Assembly: GCA_013265495.1 (NCBI GenBank)
Contig: MU058423.1
Span: 1,999,061-2,063,060 of the forward strand
Length of the DNA stretch: 64,000 nucleotides
From: Vicugna vicugna
Taxonomy: Eukaryota
Direction of reading: 5' to 3'
Positions 27,084 through 39,455 of this stretch are shown one piece after another. Every line of letters begins with the position of its first letter. Positions within the stretch are counted from its first letter, which is position 1. The position numbers and the translations under genes were made by a program. The notes under the pieces were generated by a model that was not told the origin of the DNA, did not search any database, and was given only the letters and a program-made list of their open reading frames with translations.

Positions 27084-27849
27084 CCACGCTACTCACACAT
27101 CTGCTCCAGGCCCCTTCCTCACTCCTGTCTTCCCATTCTCTTCCCAGCCCCTCCACTGATGTTCAACACATGGGCCAGACTTCTGGGAGGCCACCTGGCA
27201 TGGCTGCCTGAGCTTGCACTTTGGGAACAATCAGACCTGATTTCAAATGAAGACTTTGCCAATTACAGTCCGTGTGATGTTGGCCAAGTTCCCTAACCTC
27301 TTTGGGCTTCAACTTCCAATATTACTAATGTTACTATTCCAACAATACTAATTTCACAGTGTTGTTGAAATGGACAAGAGGTAATTATGTTAAGTCTCCG
27401 ATGTGCCTAGTATGTAGTGAGTGTTCAGCACATTATTACTGGGGGGACACAGTTCCAGATTTAGTCATACTGTGCAATCCCTACCCTTGGTTTTCACCCA
27501 GCTGAAAGCCAGCCAGAGTCACGACAAGGCATAAGATGGCCTGGGGTGGGGACAGAAAACAGGACAGTCCTTCCTGTTCTCTGGGTGACCCATCAGGGAG
27601 AGTTACAGGCTGAGTGCTGAACTAAATAAACCTCATGCCTGTTTGTGTGTGCCAGGCCAGGGAATTTGCCAATCAGACTGAGCCATCCTCCTGCCTTGAA
27701 TCCCCTCTAGATCAGCTGTCTGTTCTCCTCCCATCTATACTTACTTTTCTCAAGTAAAAACCTTGGGGTCTGAGTAGGTAGATGGGTCAGATGTTTGACT
27801 GGGGAAAGAAACATCTCAAGAGTGCTATCAGTAATGACAGCAAATTTGA

Positions 27850-28395
27850 GGGCAGACTCTTTGCCTGGCATGTTGTATGCCCTTTACTTCATTTCATTTT
27901 CACAATTCTAAGAGAAAGATGCTCTTATTACCCCCATTTTAAAGATTAAAAAACTGAGGCTCAGAGAGATCCAAAAAGTGTCCAAGGTCATGTGGTTAAC
28001 AAGTAGGAACATGGGATTTGAATTAGTCTGACTACAGGGCCCGCCTACCATGACCCAGTACCTTACTAGGTGCCTGAACGTAAATAATTTCTAATCCTCA
28101 CAACGACTCACAGTGCTCTTTTTTTTTTACTACTAAGAAAACAAATTTAGAGAGGGTAGGTGACTTGCCCAAGGTCATACAGCTGTTAGCTATGGAGCCA
28201 GTGCCTAAATCTGAAGCCTGTACATTTTCTCCATTCCATTATACCGTGGTGCCTCTGATTCAGCAGAGCTTGGAAGGGGGCCTCTGAAGGGAAGGGAAAC
28301 TGACTTTGATAAGCACCTAGTATATAGTGGATGCTCTCACATAAGGCATCTCATTTAATCCTCGTAACTACCCTTAAGAGTGTATAATTATCCCC
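27850..28395 (-). mobile_element. Cluster of three MIR fragments
   Basis: Repeated 'ccccattttaaagattaaaaaactgaggctcagagag', 'gacttgcccaaggtcatacagc', 'atctcatttaatcctc'. Confidence 0.7.
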
Positions 28396-28399
28396 AAAG

Positions 28400-28615
28400 A
28401 TGAATAGATACACACTACCATATATAAAATAGATAAACAAGTACCTACTGTGTAATACAGGGAACTATGTTCAATTTCTTATAATAAGCTATAATGGAAA
28501 AGAAAAATATGTATGTATATGTATAACTAAGTCACTTTGCTGTACACCTGAAATTAACATTGTAAATTGACTACACTTCCTTCAAAAAAGATAAATGAAT
28601 AAAATTTTTAAAAAT
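28400..28615 (+). mobile_element. L1 3'UTR fragment splitting a MIR
   Basis: 'tatataaaatagataaacaag..cctactgtgtaatacagggaactatgttcaa...tgtacacctgaaattaacattgtaaattgactacac'; MIR sequence resumes after ~28620. Confidence 0.85.
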
Positions 28616-28709
28616 CAGTTAGCCCCAAGAAGAAAACCAGACTCAGAGAGTGGAATGGCTTGCCCCAAATCACACAGCTCTAAGCAGCTACCATCTACAA
28701 CACCCCCTC

Positions 28710-29132
28710 TGCCGGCCTTGTGATTTTGCTTTGTTCCCACCCCAAAACCCATTTTCTGCCTGCTCCATGCTTCAGCAGTTCCGCTCTGTGGATGGCATCA
28801 CAGGGCTGCCTTGCCCTCCACCTGCCAATTTGGGTTAGATGAACAGGAAGCTTGGGAGGAGAAGTCAGAGAGGTCGGAGTATTTGTTCCACTCGCTCCTT
28901 CCCTGCCTCGCATTGATTCTATGACTACAGCTCCCTCTGCTCGCCTGGCTCCAGCTCTCCCTGGGTCCTGAGAAAACCATTTCAGGTCTGAGGGTGGAGA
29001 GAGCTTCCTGCTGCCTCAATATTCCTTGTTGAGTTCCTTAATTCTGTCACACCCTTGCAAGTGGTTCCTTCATCACTTGCCTTCATCATCCCAACTGAAT
29101 GTGTTTCTGTTTCCTGCTGGGGCCTGACCACG
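28710..29132 (+). mobile_element. LTR33-like ERVL LTR
   Basis: 'gagaggtcggagtatttgttccactcgctccttccctgcc...cacacccttgcaagtggttccttca...tctgtttcctgctggggcctgac'. Confidence 0.55.
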
Positions 29133-31141
29133 CCTCCTAACGTCCACCTGAGGCTGCTCCTCTTGGGGCTACTTGGAAGGAAGGTCAATGGCTTCTTTGC
29201 TGATCAGAAAGGTCCAGGGCTTTCCCAAACTAACTCGTGATCACAGGACAGTGGGCAGGCACTGGAGGTGGGCTCCTGACATCCTCGCCTCTGTCCATCT
29301 GGAATTGCAGTGCGGGGCAGCTCAGCCTTTCCACTTCCTCATCTTTGGTATGTGGGGTTCAGCCAGAAGTTCTCTCTTACCTGGAGGGTAAAGGACTTGC
29401 CCACCGTGCACTGCAAGGCAATAATGTGAGGACTAGAGAGCCTGGGTCTTAAATCAGTTGCTGCTTCTCTGCTTTACTCTGCAGTGTTTCCCTTCACAGC
29501 TCCATAAATAATTCATCAGTGGTGACTCAAAATAATCACCCCCCCTCCCCATGCCATCCCAGACAGCTGATAACCTAGAAACTGTCACAGCTCTTTGACA
29601 TATTCTGCCACTTTGCCTACCCAGGTTCCCATCCTCTCACCAGCCTCTGGCTTTTCTCACATGGAAGAGCTGCTTGAAAGCCAACATTCCCAGCTATGAA
29701 TGGGGAGAAGCTCGGGGAGAAGGGAATAAGACAGATCTCTCCTGACCTGTGTGAGTACCCGGAGAAGATGAACGCGACGCTCTGGGAGATCAGCTGTCTC
29801 CTGGGAGAGAACTGCCTCCGTTGATTACATTTCCGTTATGGAAAACAAGGTGCTTGGAATAGCACTTAGCTGATCCTGGCACTGGGCTGTGAAAGCGAAA
29901 TTGCCCTGCCCCCAACCCATCCCTCCCACATGGTGGATTTGGAGAAAGTTGGGGAGAGGCTAAGGAGGAAGAGGGGCCGGGGACGTGGTGGGGAAAGGAG
30001 AGTGGGCTAGAGGTAGAGCGTGGGGTGGGGAGTCGTTATACCCCTGACACTCCTGCGGGACTGTGTAGGGACTTAAGAGGTTGGCACAAGGTCAGAGCCC
30101 TCTAGGCCTGGCCCAGGCACCGGGAGTGGAAGGAACTGTAGCCTCCACATTTCCTCTCCACTTCCCACTCAGAACAAACACCTGCTCTTTCTTGTTTACA
30201 CATTAGGGGGTCATATCTGGAAGAGGTAGAGACAAGAGCCCCCTGTAGCTCCTCTAGGAAGCTCCTGGGTGGGAAGGATAGGAAACAGCCTGGACTAGGA
30301 CCAGAGCTAAGCGGAGGGGGAGGATCCATCGTGTTGGGTCCCCGGGGAGGGGGAGGGCTGTGCTGGAGTTTGGTCTCGGGGTGGGGCCTGGGGGAGAAGC
30401 TGGGAGCAGGGGACACATGGGGGGAGACAAGAGGGCCAGGTCTAAGGCGCTTCAGGTCTGAGAGGAGGAAGCACTGGTCCTCCATTTCCCATTGGACTTT
30501 TGCTGTTTAATTGAGTGATTCCTGGCCCCGGAGCAACTCAGAGTGTTTCTCTGGCATGCACTGCGGATGCCACTTAATTGCCTTCAGATTCTGCTTGCGG
30601 TTTTTCCTTCTGAATTTCCTTAATTGGCCCAAGTTTACCCTGACTGCCATTATATTGTGTTTTGTTTTCTCTGCCACTGGACGTCCTGGAGGTCATCAGA
30701 AGCGTACGCCTTTCTGTAAGCCCCAGGGTAGGCCTCCCTCTGAAAGTCTGGGCCAGGCCTGGGAAGATCTGCTCCTGGGCTGTGATTTGGGCACCCTGGG
30801 CCCTCCCCTGCCCACACACTCTCCTTCCTAGAACACACAGACTCTCAGGCAGTGTCTGAAAATGCCACGAAATGGAGAGAGCTAATAGTAATTCCTTGGA
30901 AGAAAATGTAAGCTCCTCACTAGGCCTTGAATTTAAAATGCAGACTTGAGGTTGAGTAAACTGCCTCGCTGGTTTAGGGGGAATTGCTTTATTATAATTT
31001 ATTTTGTTGGTAGCTTTCGTTCTCTAGGAGAGACTGATCTGACAGTGCCTGGCATCACCTGGAACTGCTCCGCTTCTGAAACCTCAATTTCAAATATGCC
31101 ACTCTCTGGCTGCAAATCTCCTGTCCTTTCAGCTGTTCCCT

Positions 31142-31617
31142 TGTGGATGAAAAATGTTGCCTGCAGTATCAGCAAACAAAGGATGCTGGGGCCATCAAGC
31201 TATCAGCCTCTACAGCCACCACAGCCACCCCAGATGGTGAGCCCTAAGGGAACTCAGGATGGAGACAAATCAGCCACTGCAGCCACCCCCACTGGTGCCC
31301 CTGAGGGAACTCAGGTTGGAAAGAACAGGCTTCTGGCCCTAGATAGCTAAGGTGCGTTCGAAAGGAATGATTTCAAAGAGCCCAGACTCTTGCATCTTCC
31401 CATACATAGAAAAGCACTAAATTCATTAACTTGAGATGTCTGGTTTTCCTCATCTCCTTTGCCAAAACCCCTATATATCCTGGCCCCTCCTTTACCTCTT
31501 TGGAGCAGTCCCTCAGAGCTATCTGAGAGGCTGCCTCTTGGGCTTGGAGCCCTCAGAAAGTCTGCCAAATAAAACTAACTCTCAACTTTTAGGTTGTGTA
31601 ATTTTATTCAATCAATA
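31142..31617 (+). mobile_element. ERV1-class solo LTR
   Basis: TGT start, TATA-like 'cctatatat', AATAAA at ~31568, internal duplication 'ccct.agggaactcagg.tgga', 4-bp TSD ccct (31138-31141 / 31618-31621). Confidence 0.85.
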
Positions 31618-31754
31618 CCCTAAACCCCTCATTCTTCCCCAAGACCTTCAGCTCTCAACCCCTCTGAATCTGTCAGCCCCTCCTGACCTTGCCCCCCCCA
31701 ACCTGATCGCTGCTCCTTGGTTGACCATTTGACCCAACCCTTGTGGTCCAGCCC

Positions 31755-32165
31755 TGTGTTAGTGTCCTAGGGCTGTTGTCACAAAGTACCATAAGCTGGG
31801 GGTGCTTAAAACAATGGGAAATTGTCTCGCAGTCTAGAGGCCAGAAGTCCAAAATCAAGGAGGTAGCAGGACCACGCTCCCTCTGAAAGCTCTAGAGGAA
31901 AATCCTTCTTTGCCTCTTCCAGCCCCTGGTGGTTCCTGGCGTCTCTCGGCTTGTGGCAGCATAACTCCAGCCTCTGCCTCATCTTCACATGGCTTTCTTC
32001 CCTGTGTGTCCTCTTCTCCTCTTATAATGACATCAGTCATTGGATTTAGAGCCCACTTTCATCCAGTTTGATCTCATCTCAGTTCTTACCTACATTCAAA
32101 CAAGGTCATATTCTGAGGTTCTGGATGGACATGAATTTGGGGAGGACACTATTATATCCACTATA
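31755..32165 (-). mobile_element. MLT1B/C-like MaLR LTR
   Basis: 'tgtgttagtgtcctagggctg...gaggccagaagtccaaaatcaagg...ggtcatattctgaggt...tggggaggacactatt'. Confidence 0.85.
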
Positions 32166-32545
32166 GACCCCCTTTTTTCCTTCTACTGCACCTGCCTTCC
32201 AAATCCCCACACTTGGCTCATGACCACAGTCAGCATCCCCCTTTGACCTTGGGGCCGCACAGCCCAGCTCTTAGCTCCTCCCACTCTTCACTGCTTGCTC
32301 TTACAGCCCCTTCGCTCCTTACCTTCAGAAGTCAGGCTTCGGAGAGATAATGGAGCTCAATGGGCAGGAACTCCCTCGACCTCCAACCTAGGGCCCTACA
32401 AATGTATCCATCTTGTCGCCTTTCCCACCTTCCTTTCATCCCATTTAAAGCCCTAGGCATCCCTCCTCTTCCTGGAGGTTCATTCAGATTTTCACAGCAC
32501 TTGCCTGGTCTATGGAAAATCATCCTGGCTGTATTTTTCTGCTGC

Positions 32546-33127
32546 TGTTGCAGGAAAATGGGGCGTGAAGAAACGGTTGTGACCCAGGTCTTTGTTGAGT
32601 CCTTGGGATACACCCTGCCAAGTGAGGGTCCTTGGTTTCTCACAGGAAAGAATTCAAGAGCGAGCCATAGTCGAGTGAAGGCAGATTTATTCAGAGAGAT
32701 ACATACTCCATAGACAGAATGCAGGCCATCTCAGAAGGCCAGAGAGGCCACGAGGCACGGGGTGCTTAGTTTAAGGTAAAAGCAGATACACACTCCACAG
32801 ACGGAGTGTGGGCTCTCTCCAAAGGCGAGAGAGACATGTCTCAGGGTGCGGGCTTGGTAACTTCATATGCTGACAAGTGGGAGGATTATTCCAGCTACTT
32901 CGGGGAAGGGGCTGGGATTCCCAGGAATTGGGCCATCACCCGTTTCTGGACCTTTTCTGGTCAGCCTTGAAACTGTCACGGCACCTGTGGGAGCACCAAT
33001 TATCATACTAACGTATGATGTATAACGAAGCTCAAATCTGCCGGCAGTTGGATCTTCTGCCATCTTGGTGCTAGTTGCTGTGTCATTCTTTTAGCGGTTG
33101 TGCCCTGCCTGCTTCCCTCCTGTCTCA
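32546..33127 (-). mobile_element. MER41-like ERV1 solo LTR (copy 1)
   Basis: TG..CA ends, near-TSD ctgc/cttc, colinear with copies at 53764 and 56473; MER41-type blocks (gaattctttc, ctctgtctatggag, caagatgg on the minus strand). Confidence 0.8.
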
Positions 33128-33912
33128 CTTCCACATTCGTCTCACTCTTAAGTCTCTCCTCTCATTCCTCTCTGCTGTTACAAAGCCACTCATTCGTTCA
33201 TTCACTTATTTATCAGGTGCCTACTATCTACCAGCCACCATGCTAGCTCCTGCCACCACTCTGGCCTCATTTTCCACAACCAGTGAGATCACTGCCTGCT
33301 CAGAGCTTACAGCAGAGAAAGAGTTTTCCCATGGCTATGCCATAGGATAAAGTTCATATTCTTAGGTTGTGGATAATCCCCTTAATATGTGACCCAACCT
33401 ACCTTTGACCTCTGTCCCCCGTAGCCCGCACGCACATCTAGCCAGACCAAGCTGGGCTCTTATACTTCCTTTCCATGGCTCTTTTCCTCTGATTGAAATG
33501 ACTCTGCCTCCTGCCTGCTTGGAAAACTCCTAGTCATATTCAAAGTTCAGCACTAATGTTATCACCTCCTAGAAGCCTTCCTGGATAATACTATCCTGGA
33601 CCCCATCTTTTTTGCCACATACATCTCTTACTGCATGAATCATACTGCCTTTCGATGATTTGCTTACATGTCTCTCTTTTCCCTTGGAATCAAGGACAAT
33701 ATCTTATTTATTTTTATACTCTCTGTATCTGGAATATGTTTCAATAAATGTTGAAGTATTTAATAAAAAAGATGGTAGTAACTCAATTCAGCTGAGAGCT
33801 GAATCTGCCTGAAAGAATTAAAACCTCCCACCTCACCCCATCCCCTGCACCTGACCCCACTGTGTGTTCTGGGCTGCCCACTGCCAAGGAGGCTCAGATG
33901 GGTTAATGGGGG

Positions 33913-34378
33913 TGTTAGGGGTTGAATTGTGTCCCCCCCCCACAAAATTCATATGTTGAAATCTTAACTCCCAGTACCTAGAATACGATCTTATGTAGAA
34001 ATAGAATCTTTGCAGATGTAATTAGTTAAGATGAGGTCATGCTGCAGAGGGGTGGGCCCTGAATCCAATATGACAGATGTCTTTATGAAAAAGGGAGAAA
34101 TTTGGACACAAACACACAACAGGGAGAACGCCTTGTGAAGATGGAGCCTGAGATCAGGGGATGCTTCTACGTGCCATGGAACACCAGGGCTGCCAGCAAA
34201 CCTCCAGAAGCCAGGGCAGAGGCGTGGAACAGACTCCCTCACAGCTTCAGACGGAACCCACCCTGACGTGGCCCTGATTTGGGACTTCCATCCTCCAGAC
34301 CTGTGAGAAGATAAGTTTCTATTGTTTAAGCCATTCAGTTTAAGGTGTTTTGTTACCCCAGCCCTAGGAAACTAACAC
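33913..34378 (+). mobile_element. MLT1B-like MaLR LTR
   Basis: 'tgttaggggttgaattgtgtcccccc..aaaattcatatgttgaa...tttgcagatgtaattagttaagatgaggtcat...gccctaggaaactaacac'. Confidence 0.9.
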
Positions 34379-35207
34379 GGGAGATCAAAGGTCAGAGAAA
34401 ACACTTCCTTTCATTTCCATAGCAAAGCCCTCCATCTTTCAGACCCAGGTACCACTTGATCCCCTGTGAAGCAGTCAGGTGGCGTCCTTGGTTATCATTC
34501 TCCCCACCTTCAGATGGAAAAAACTGAAGCTCAAGAGGGCACAGCAATTTGGCTGATAGTTTTCTCTGGGTTTTTTCTTTTTTTTTTTTAATGGACAGCA
34601 ACAGACTTGAATTTTGGTCTCTTTCCACTACCACATCAGGCTGCCTTAAGGCAGCTTTGAAATGTTCAAAATATTATACAGTTTGTGAAGTTATTATCAT
34701 TATGCATGAATAACAACATGAGGTTAGTCTTCTCCGGGAGAACCCTGCCTCTGAGGGTAAAGACTGTTGTTCTCACAGAACAGCTCTGTTTTGAATGTTT
34801 CTGTAAGGACACAGTCCTTTCCAGTGCATGATTGAGAGACAACACTTTAAGTCTTCCTTGATCCTCACACCCTGTGAGATCATTAATATCCCCATTTTGT
34901 CCCAAGGAAACCAAGGCTCCTGGAGGTTTAGTTGCTCAGAGTAACACAGCTAGCGTGTGGCTGAGCTATGCCTCAAACAGACACCCAAGTGCACCCTGAA
35001 ACAATAGAAAAATCCTGTCTGAGAGCAGGTGGCCTGACTTATGATTCGTTGCAAGGACTCTATGTACCTAGGGCACTACAGAAAGATATTCCCAGAATCT
35101 GCAGCTTAAGTCATTTTCAAGAAAGTAAAATAGCTAAAATTAAACCCCCAAATGGATAATTTAGCCATTTATAGAAAAGATCCACAGTAAATTATGCTTT
35201 GTAAATG

Positions 35208-36367
35208 TGTAATGAAGAGATTGGGAAATAGCCAAGTCCTAAAGAGGTGATCAGGACTGAAAAGAAGGTAAAGAGACTTGCAGCCCAATCCACAGCACTG
35301 GAGCCGACTGAAGAAAGGGTGTGTGAGCTGGAGGTCCGTGGTCTGCCCGGAGCCAGGAAAGGGGAAAGTTGTTGCCAATGATTAGGTTCTTGCCTCGTCA
35401 CAGAAAGAATTCAGAGATGACGCAGAGGGGTCAAAAAAGTAAAGTGAGGATTTACTATGGAATAGAGAGTACGCTGTCAAGGGGAGAGCGGGTAGGTTCA
35501 GGTGAGCAGCTGCCCTGAGTTTCTTCGGCAAGTTGGTTACATAGACTGTAAAAATGAATGGGTGGAATATTCACTGAGGAGGGGCGGTAGGATTGTGTTC
35601 CCTGATTTTCATCCCAGCTCCACCTTCCAGAGAGGAAGAGGGATTTTTGTCCTTATTTAGCCTCGATGAGAACTGTCATGGCGTCAGTGCACAATGGGTA
35701 TTTCTAATCTGCAAGGCTAATTTTATTGTAATGAGGGCACAATGAGCAATAAGTTACATTTGGACACTGGAGAGTCCTGCCTTTCACCGCATTTCTTTGC
35801 TTGCCTCCAGGACACTTGTCACCCCAAAATGTGTGATTTCTTATCAGTCCTGAGGTTCCTGTTTTTCTCTCTCTGCCCAAGGAACCCCATTGTTCACATT
35901 CTGTATGGTTTCCTCCGATTTGGCCCACGTCCCCCTTTCTCTGCTCATATCTAGCTGTTGGTGGGTGGAGGGACCCCTGAATTAGAAAGCCCACCAAAGT
36001 GTGGGTCCTTGCTGACTGCTGTGAAAGAATTCACACAGCAGAGACAGAGGGACAAAGTGAACAGACGCTTTATTACTCAGAAGGGGAAATGGAAGGAAAG
36101 TGCTCAAGCAGAGAGAAGGAAAGAGAGGTGCTCGTGCAGGGAAAGGAAGAGGGTGGTAATCTCAGTTAATCACTGAGATAGGTGGTCCAAGTCGAGTCGT
36201 TGCCGTCCCTCAGTGCCTGCAGGCTTGTCCTAATCAACGGCTTGAGCCTGCTCTTCTATGATTTAGAGGGGTCTGGGAGACTTCAGCTTTTCTATGAACA
36301 AGAGGCAGGGGTGGAGTGGGGCCCATACAGTCCTGCTCCCTTTCATAGCTATCTGCCTGCTCTAACA
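35208..36367 (-). mobile_element. ERV1-like solo LTR interrupted by a second LTR
   Basis: LTR-like body ('cagaaagaattcagag') whose terminus 'ctgctcatatctagc|tatctgcctgctctaaca' is split by the 35956-36345 insert; left boundary uncertain. Confidence 0.65.
35956..36345 (-). mobile_element. Nested solo LTR (390 bp)
   Basis: TGTTG...TTTCA ends, TTTATT (minus-strand polyA signal) at ~36069, perfect 4-bp TSD tagc at 35952-35955 and 36346-36349. Confidence 0.8.
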
Positions 36368-36372
36368 CAGTC

Positions 36373-37011
36373 TGAGGACTGAGGACTCCATTTTCACCTG
36401 AAAGAGACACCCTGGCTCTGGAGGGAGAGACTGCTCTGGGTCAGATATAGCTGATCACAATTTTCTAATGCCTTCACAAAATGTCCCTTTGCTCTACACT
36501 TACTGTGGAGTCCACAGATATCTGGCAGATTTCTGCTCCAAGGCCCCTCAAGCATCCAATTGCTGCCCTTTAAAGTCAACAAAGAACATTCCTTTCTAAA
36601 TAACTACCTGCCTGGCTGAACTAACTACTCTAGACATTGATCAACCTTACAATGCCTGGAAGCCTGGCCTCCAGGAATGGACACATCCCCCTACCAAAAT
36701 CCCTAGCCCTACCCTTTCACAATCCCCTCCCTTCTCTGTTCCCTCAACATCAACCAATCAGAGGCTTCTGCAAGAGTCAATCACATACCCTGTGACCCAC
36801 TTTGTGCCCGATGTCATATAAGCATAAGGAGTTAAAAGTTATCCTCCCTTATAAAAGACCCCAGCAACCAACCCTTGGGGCACACAGACACCTCTCATCT
36901 GTGGCCCGCTGTTGCCTATACCAGCATACTCAATAAACTTCTTTTCTATCTCCCTCCTTTGTCTCTGATATATTCTTTTACCACCCATGTACTGGCCCGC
37001 CAAATTTCACA
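36373..37011 (+). mobile_element. Solo LTR (ERV class)
   Basis: CCAAT (~36755), TATAAAA (~36850), AATAAA (~36932) in LTR order, ending in CA; left boundary uncertain. Confidence 0.7.
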
Positions 37012-38456
37012 ATACTTACTAAGCAACCTTCTGATTGTTAGTTCTCTGGGTTAGCTTGATACCAGAAAAGGGGTACCGGGTAGGAATGTCACGCTGTTTT
37101 ACATTTGCTTTGACTTCCTCAGTCTCTTAGGAGTTTAATGATTGTGACTCTATCCCTATTGAGCTCTGTTCCCTGGTTTTATATCGGCTTCAGATTCATC
37201 CGTGTTTTAGGATTTAGTGATTGTAAGTCAATGTCTCTTGAGCTTGAACAACTTCAAGCATGCTTATAAATCCATTGTCTGGGACTTCAAAGCAGAGCAA
37301 CGGCCATCACCTGGTCCACAGCAGCCCTGCAAAGGTGCCTCTGCCCTGGGAGACTCTCCCACCCAATATGCACACAACCCAGGATGTCCCTAATGACATC
37401 CTTCATCCTTCAGCCTCGGCTGCATACCTGCAGAGTCAAGTGAAATTCACCGGTCACTTTAGTGATGCCCTACTGGGGTCCCCAAACCTGTGGGTGCACA
37501 GGGCTTCCTCTGCAGATCCAAGAGCTCAGGGAGGGCCAAAAGGACACAGGCTTATTGAAAGAGAATGATGTCACAGGCACTCAAGTGCCCCAAGGTGGAG
37601 GGAAAACAAACTAAGAAAAGCTCTAATCTTTTCCTACCTATGGTCAGGCTTGCATGAGCCCGGCTCCTCCCCTCCCCCTAAAAAAAGGAAGCAGTGAAGC
37701 AACAGATAGAGGCAGAGTTTTGGGAACGAGGAGGATTTGTAAATACTGGAGGCAGTTTCTCACGAAGGGGGAGGAGTCCCGTAGGCGGGGCAGGGTCATT
37801 CAGCTCCACTCACGGGATGACAGTTTCTTTTTATCTCTTTCTTCCCTCTGGCATTAGAGGAGTGATTGAGATAATTTTCCATTTAATGTGGGCAGATGGC
37901 TTAATTAAGCTAAACTGAAAGGCGTTCACAGTGACTGTGAGTGTGTGAATGACTTGGAGTGGCACTCTCCAGATGTGTTCTCACCCTCTGCAAGGTCTCC
38001 TGCTTGGTCCCAAGGCACTGGCGGTGCAGGGTGCCCATGGGTGACCATCTTGGGAATTCAGCATCCTGAATTCCGAAGCAGGTTCTTCCAGTGTCATCTG
38101 CCAGAGCAGCCTGAGAGGGTCCCAGCTCACATTTGAGAAATGCCCCTGGCTCTGTGGGTCGCCTCCAGGTCTAGGGACTGTGGCCACGGCAGAAGCTGGT
38201 GTTGCTGGGCCCTCCTAAGGCTGGCTGGGTTCTGGGTACTCAGTCACCCAGGAATTGAACCCTCAGGGAGTTCATTGTCAGGTAGGGGTACCAAACTCCC
38301 TGGCCTTTACAGACAAGGCTGAGAGATTCTAGTCCCTCACTTAAATTTGACAGATGAGCACACGGAGGCCCAGACAGAGGAAGCAAATGGCTCACCATGA
38401 GCAGCAGAAGAGGTATGAGAACCAGCTCTCAGCTCTTGTGCTGTGAGCATGTGCGA

Positions 38457-38495
38457 GCCCGTGTGTGTGTGTTTGTGCGCGCGTGCACATGCACA
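38457..38495. repeat. Alternating purine-pyrimidine microsatellite (GT/GC)
   Basis: gtgtgtgtgtgtttgtgcgcgcgtgcacatgcaca. Confidence 0.8.
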
Positions 38496-39268
38496 AAAGG
38501 ACTGGGTGATACGGAAAGTACATCTCCTTTTAATTCCTCCTCCTGCCATCTTTCCTGTCTTTCTCAACTTATGGGGTTCCTGCCTGAAGGCCAAGTCCTT
38601 TTCCGTCTCTACAGGTCTGTCTGAACGGAGGAATCAGCCCCTCACCCCACAACAAGCAGTGAGCTTCCAGGTTCTGCCAGGTCCAAGCCCCGAGCTTTAC
38701 AGCCTTCAGGAACATGCTCCAGGCGGTGGCCGTGCATCATTTCCTGGGTGAATTCTACTTTCACACCTCATTAACCTATCCTGTCTGCAGTTGGCAAGTC
38801 TGGGGGAGAAACAAACAACCACCACCAGCCTCTCATCCCTCACCCCCATCCTCTAAGCACCTTAAGATGATTGTTTTTGTCCAGAGCTAGGGAAGTGATG
38901 TTTTCCAAACCATAAGGTGATGTTTTTGGGGGCTCATTAGCTAGATTACTTTGCCAGCCAGAAGCCCCCTGTTCCCCCAACAGGAAGCCTGAATCTACCA
39001 CCCCAGAGTCTCAAGCCCCTGGGAGGACCTGAGAGACTTGGGAAAGGGTGCTTAAGGCTCTCTCCTCAGGGCTGCAGCTGACTGCTTCAAGGAGAGCTCC
39101 AGGAGAGGCTGAGCTGGGTAAAGATCACCAGGCAGCTCTGGGCAGGATATGTGACACAGTTACTCAGGAGCTTCCATTGGGAGTCAAAGGGCAGTAAACC
39201 AGGCAATGGTGGGGCAGTAGAACAAGGGGTGATGAGGCAGCAAGCCAGCAGCAATTCTATCTAGTGGA

Positions 39269-39455
39269 TAGAATTGTTACACAAACTATATGCTGGCCAA
39301 TTAAATTTGAATTTCAGATATTAACAACAAATAATTTCCCAGTATAAGTATCTCCCCAATATTCAATGGATCATACTTATACTAAAAAAATTATTTGCTG
39401 TAATTTGAATCTCACATCCAATCTGTATTTTTATTTGCTAAATCTGGCAGCCCTA
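39269..39455. mobile_element. MER53 palindromic hAT MITE
   Basis: 'ttaaatttgaatttcagata...agtataagtat...atacttatact...tttgctaaatctggcagcccta'. Confidence 0.85.
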
